A DNA stretch of 63,542 nt, counting the filler, from Rhabdomonas costata (Eukaryota), in the NCBI GenBank assembly GCA_019059605.1. It is 55 parts of 55 records of this genome, joined end to end, with 100 filler letters (N's around TTAATTAATTAA, not from the genome) between each part and the next. Parts side by side here need not be neighbours in the genome. Positions count along the whole stretch, not along the records: positions 60,172 to 61,228 come from JAHMHO010030961.1; positions 61,329 to 62,385 come from JAHMHO010030962.1; positions 62,486 to 63,542 come from JAHMHO010030963.1; 52 more parts are not named here. One strand, given 5' to 3'. The notes beneath the pieces were generated by a model, which did not search any database, had not been told where the DNA came from, and saw nothing but the letters and a program-made list of their open reading frames with translations. Shown here piece after piece: positions 60,980 to 63,542 of the stretch. Within the stretch, counting starts at the first letter, position 1. Every line of letters starts with the position of its first letter. The translations under genes and the position numbers were made by a program.

Positions 60980-61489
60980 CTATTCAAAGATTGCCAGTTT
61001 TGTTTTCTTTTCTTAAAGTGTAAGTATATTTTCCATTGTCAGACGCGTTGGTTTGTGGTGAAGCCGTTCCCAGCTTCCTCTCTTTTCGGGCAAATGTGGC
61101 AGGGCAGTATCTGAGCAAAGGATGGACCAGAGGAAATTGTACTGGGCTACGTGTTAATGCCCAACGCTTGAATACATCCACAAAAACCAAACCACCTCAC
61201 AATTCTCCTCCCCCCGACCGCGAACGAGNNNNNNNNNNNNNNNNNNNNNNNNNNNNNNNNNNNNNNNNNNNNTTAATTAATTAANNNNNNNNNNNNNNNN
61301 NNNNNNNNNNNNNNNNNNNNNNNNNNNNTTGTGTTGTGTGAAGACTCTGGACGGTGAAAGACGAAGTCAACATTTTTAATTGTAGCAAGCAGCAATCGAA
61401 AACCTTCCGTATTACATAAAGAACGACCGGTACCAGATGTGCGCGAGAATTACCGTCGCGGAAAAAAATGCCAGATTGCAGATGCACAC

Positions 61490-62334
61490 CGAGCTGGGGC
61501 ATCCCGCGCTTGCGAGCTCGGGTGGAGACCTTGCTGGGGTCAGCGGTGAGCATCCTGCCGTACTCCTCACAGTGCTCCTTGTCCTCCGCCCATGCATACC
61601 CCTTGTGGGGACAAGTATTCATCAAAGAAATATGGAAAACGAAAGCACCGGAGGGGGGGCAGGCAGGACACTCCTTCAGCCAAGCTACAGGCACCCGTCA
61701 CGTGTACTACGCGCAAGTAAGGGAGAGAGAGAACCTCTCGGACGCTCCACTCCATTCCCAGCTCAAGCACGTCGACGAGGATCTTGTTATTTGTCGGAAC
61801 TATGCCCATCGATCCCACGCCAACGGGAATGTGATCGTATAGCGCTTGGGCGAGAGGCTCCTGCAACGCCCCCCCCCATTCTGCACCACAAAGCCGAGCT
61901 AAAATGACCATGCAGAAGGTAAGCACACATGTAACCTTCACATCGTTGATATCCTTTTCAAACAAGTTGGTTCGGATGAGCCGAACCCCACAACTGATGT
62001 CAAAACCCACTCCTCCGGGTGACACCACTGCTTCAGGGTCGGCCATGTCCATGGCAGCGACATTCCCAATGGCAAAGCCATACCCCGCGTGCATGTCCTA
62101 AAATTATTGAGAAGGGGAAGGGGAGTAAGAACGAATTAGTAGAAGAGCAAGATTGAGCAAGTTTGGAAAGACGATACCGGAAGGCCTATGGACCACTTCA
62201 CGATGCCCGGCAAGCATGCTACATTGGCCAGCTGCTTCACGCACGGAAGGAAGCCAGCTGCCACACTGGACCGACCGGCATACTGGGAGAGCTCTGAGTG
62301 CATCAAATCGTCCATGGCATCAGTCATGTAATAT
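61490..62334 (-). CDS. RTCB: RNA-splicing ligase RtcB; exons 62178-62334, 61936-62097, 61735-61860 and about 61490-61601
   Basis: [41 protein letters not shown]...[16 protein letters not shown]...|[17 protein letters not shown]...|[17 protein letters not shown]...[12 protein letters not shown] introns of 80, 75 and 133 nt all preserve frame. Confidence 0.97.
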
Positions 62335-63065
62335 CTGGAGGAAGGTAAGTTAACTAAGTGATCCCAGTGGAGTGGACAAACCACANNNNNNNNNNNNNNN
62401 NNNNNNNNNNNNNNNNNNNNNNNNNNNNNTTAATTAATTAANNNNNNNNNNNNNNNNNNNNNNNNNNNNNNNNNNNNNNNNNNNNGGGACTTGCTGCGTG
62501 GCTGGACAACATAGACAGGTCGCTGGTCAAAGTCGCGGGCTTACCCAGGAATGCGACTTTGACGAATGGCCAATCTATGTCACGGACAGCACACCGTCTG
62601 TGCGTTCATGAAGAAATGGCGTAAGTCATAGTTGTTGTGCTTTGAGTGTCCAGCCCATCTAATTCGTGTTGACAGGGTGTCACAAGCGTAATACACTAAT
62701 AGGGTAGGGCTGTACATAGCGGTGTGTTCAGTGGATCATTTGCATAGGGTAATAGCCTTGTAAGCCCACTGGTGTGTTGGATATGTCCGTGATGTGGTGT
62801 GGGTCATAGCACAACCATGGCACTGCATTACGTCTCAGCAATAAGGTGTCATAGCTTCAACTTAGCCAAAGTGATGATGGCGGTACCCGTGTGGAGGTCA
62901 GCCGGTCACTACACGGTGGTGGCATCGGCAATAAGGTCAGTAAGTCTTGTGTGCTGCTGCTGGGTGTGGTCACGGCATTAGTGCAACATGGCGTTATGGC
63001 ACTGACCCCCCTCTCTGTCGGTAGTTTTCCTTCTTCCTTCTGCATCGTAAGACATCAACGCTCAG

Positions 63066-63542
63066 CAACCGCCACCGCCTCCGTGCAGCTTGGAGTGGGG
63101 CTGGTGCTGAAGATCAGCCGCCACGAGGTGGAGTGGCCGCTGATCGTGAACCTGCTGGTGCTGCTGTTCACGGCGGTGGGGATCACGCTGCTGGGGATGG
63201 TGGTGATGGTGGTGGCGGCGCAGCACATGCTGGCGACGATAGAGGAGGCCTGGGAGAAGGGCAAGGAGGCTGTGCAGCAGCAGAAGGAGAGCTTTGAGGC
63301 GCTGCTGTCGTCTCTGTTCCCGAAGTTTGCTTCGGAGCGGCTGATGGCTGGGGACCACCACATTGCTGTAGATGTGCCCAAGGTGTCTGACCCCGTCCTA
63401 TCGCCGTGGTCCACTCCACCCCCCGGCCCCATTGCCGTCGCCGTTTTTGTATGTGGTGGAAGTGCTGCAGATGCAGGCAGGGGTTACCTTCTCATTGTAG
63501 GTTGCGGTGGTGATGTCGAACCTGGTCAACTTTGCCGAGATT
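63066..63542 (+). CDS. Receptor-type nucleotide cyclase: TM helix, signalling helix and start of cyclase domain (exons 63066-63382 and 63501 to end)
   Basis: LGVGLVLKISRHEV (end of a Cache-like domain), a long TM segment, then FEALLSSLFPKFASERLMAGDHHIAVDVPK|VAVVMSNLVNFAEI, versus the consensus LL..ILP..VA..L........VTVLFSDIVGFT. Confidence 0.85.

Noticed and set aside
1059-62485. Regularly spaced TTAATTAATTAA at about 1,157-nt period (CRISPR-like or satellite-like periodicity)
   Set aside because: It is always embedded in 44+44 N. It is a synthetic six-frame stop linker between length-sorted contigs.
1-63542. Gene-neighbourhood system, e.g. RtcB + ART-TPR + RT + cyclases as a defence or RNA-repair locus
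   Set aside because: Each gene lies on a separate contig ordered only by length, so co-occurrence is meaningless.
1-63542. Uniform ~1.06-kb nanochromosomes or minicircles with telomeric ends
   Set aside because: Genes are cut mid-exon, there is no shared conserved region, the tail polarity is opposite to telomeres, and the uniform size reflects sorting.

Overview
This is not contiguous genome. The window is an artificial concatenation of 55 unrelated contigs of about 1,057 bp (1-1058, 1159-2216, 2317-3374 ... 62486-63542). They are joined by identical 100-nt linkers (44 N + TTAATTAATTAA + 44 N, giving stops in all six frames), so adjacency across a linker has no biological meaning. The DNA is from an intron-rich eukaryote with GC3-rich exons and mostly GT-AG introns. 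A euglenid/euglenozoan-like protist is my inference from the receptor nucleotide cyclases, a dCache-like exon, OPR/RAP-type repeats and candidate trans-splice acceptors. Recognisable gene pieces: RtcB (4 exons), COP9 subunit CSN2, a NEK-like kinase, a CAMK-group kinase, a kinesin, a bromodomain protein, two class III cyclases, an intronless ADP-ribosyltransferase-TPR protein, a YdcZ-type DMT transporter, a LysM/UBA-like protein, a SPRY/zinc-finger protein and an ankyrin pseudogene. Decayed mobile DNA includes Penelope-like RT (two pieces), Ty3/gypsy, DIRS-like pieces, a MITE family and several dispersed repeats. Many contig ends carry apparently non-templated C/A tails and fold-back inverted duplications, which are probably library artefacts. 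The most novel-looking signal is a dispersed ~270-300 nt element present in two unrelated contigs (15808-16112 and 43011-43303). It has invariant sequence blocks, compensatory stem changes and a potential pseudoknot, which makes it a candidate conserved structured RNA. All family assignments are by eye from remembered consensus motifs; no searches were run.
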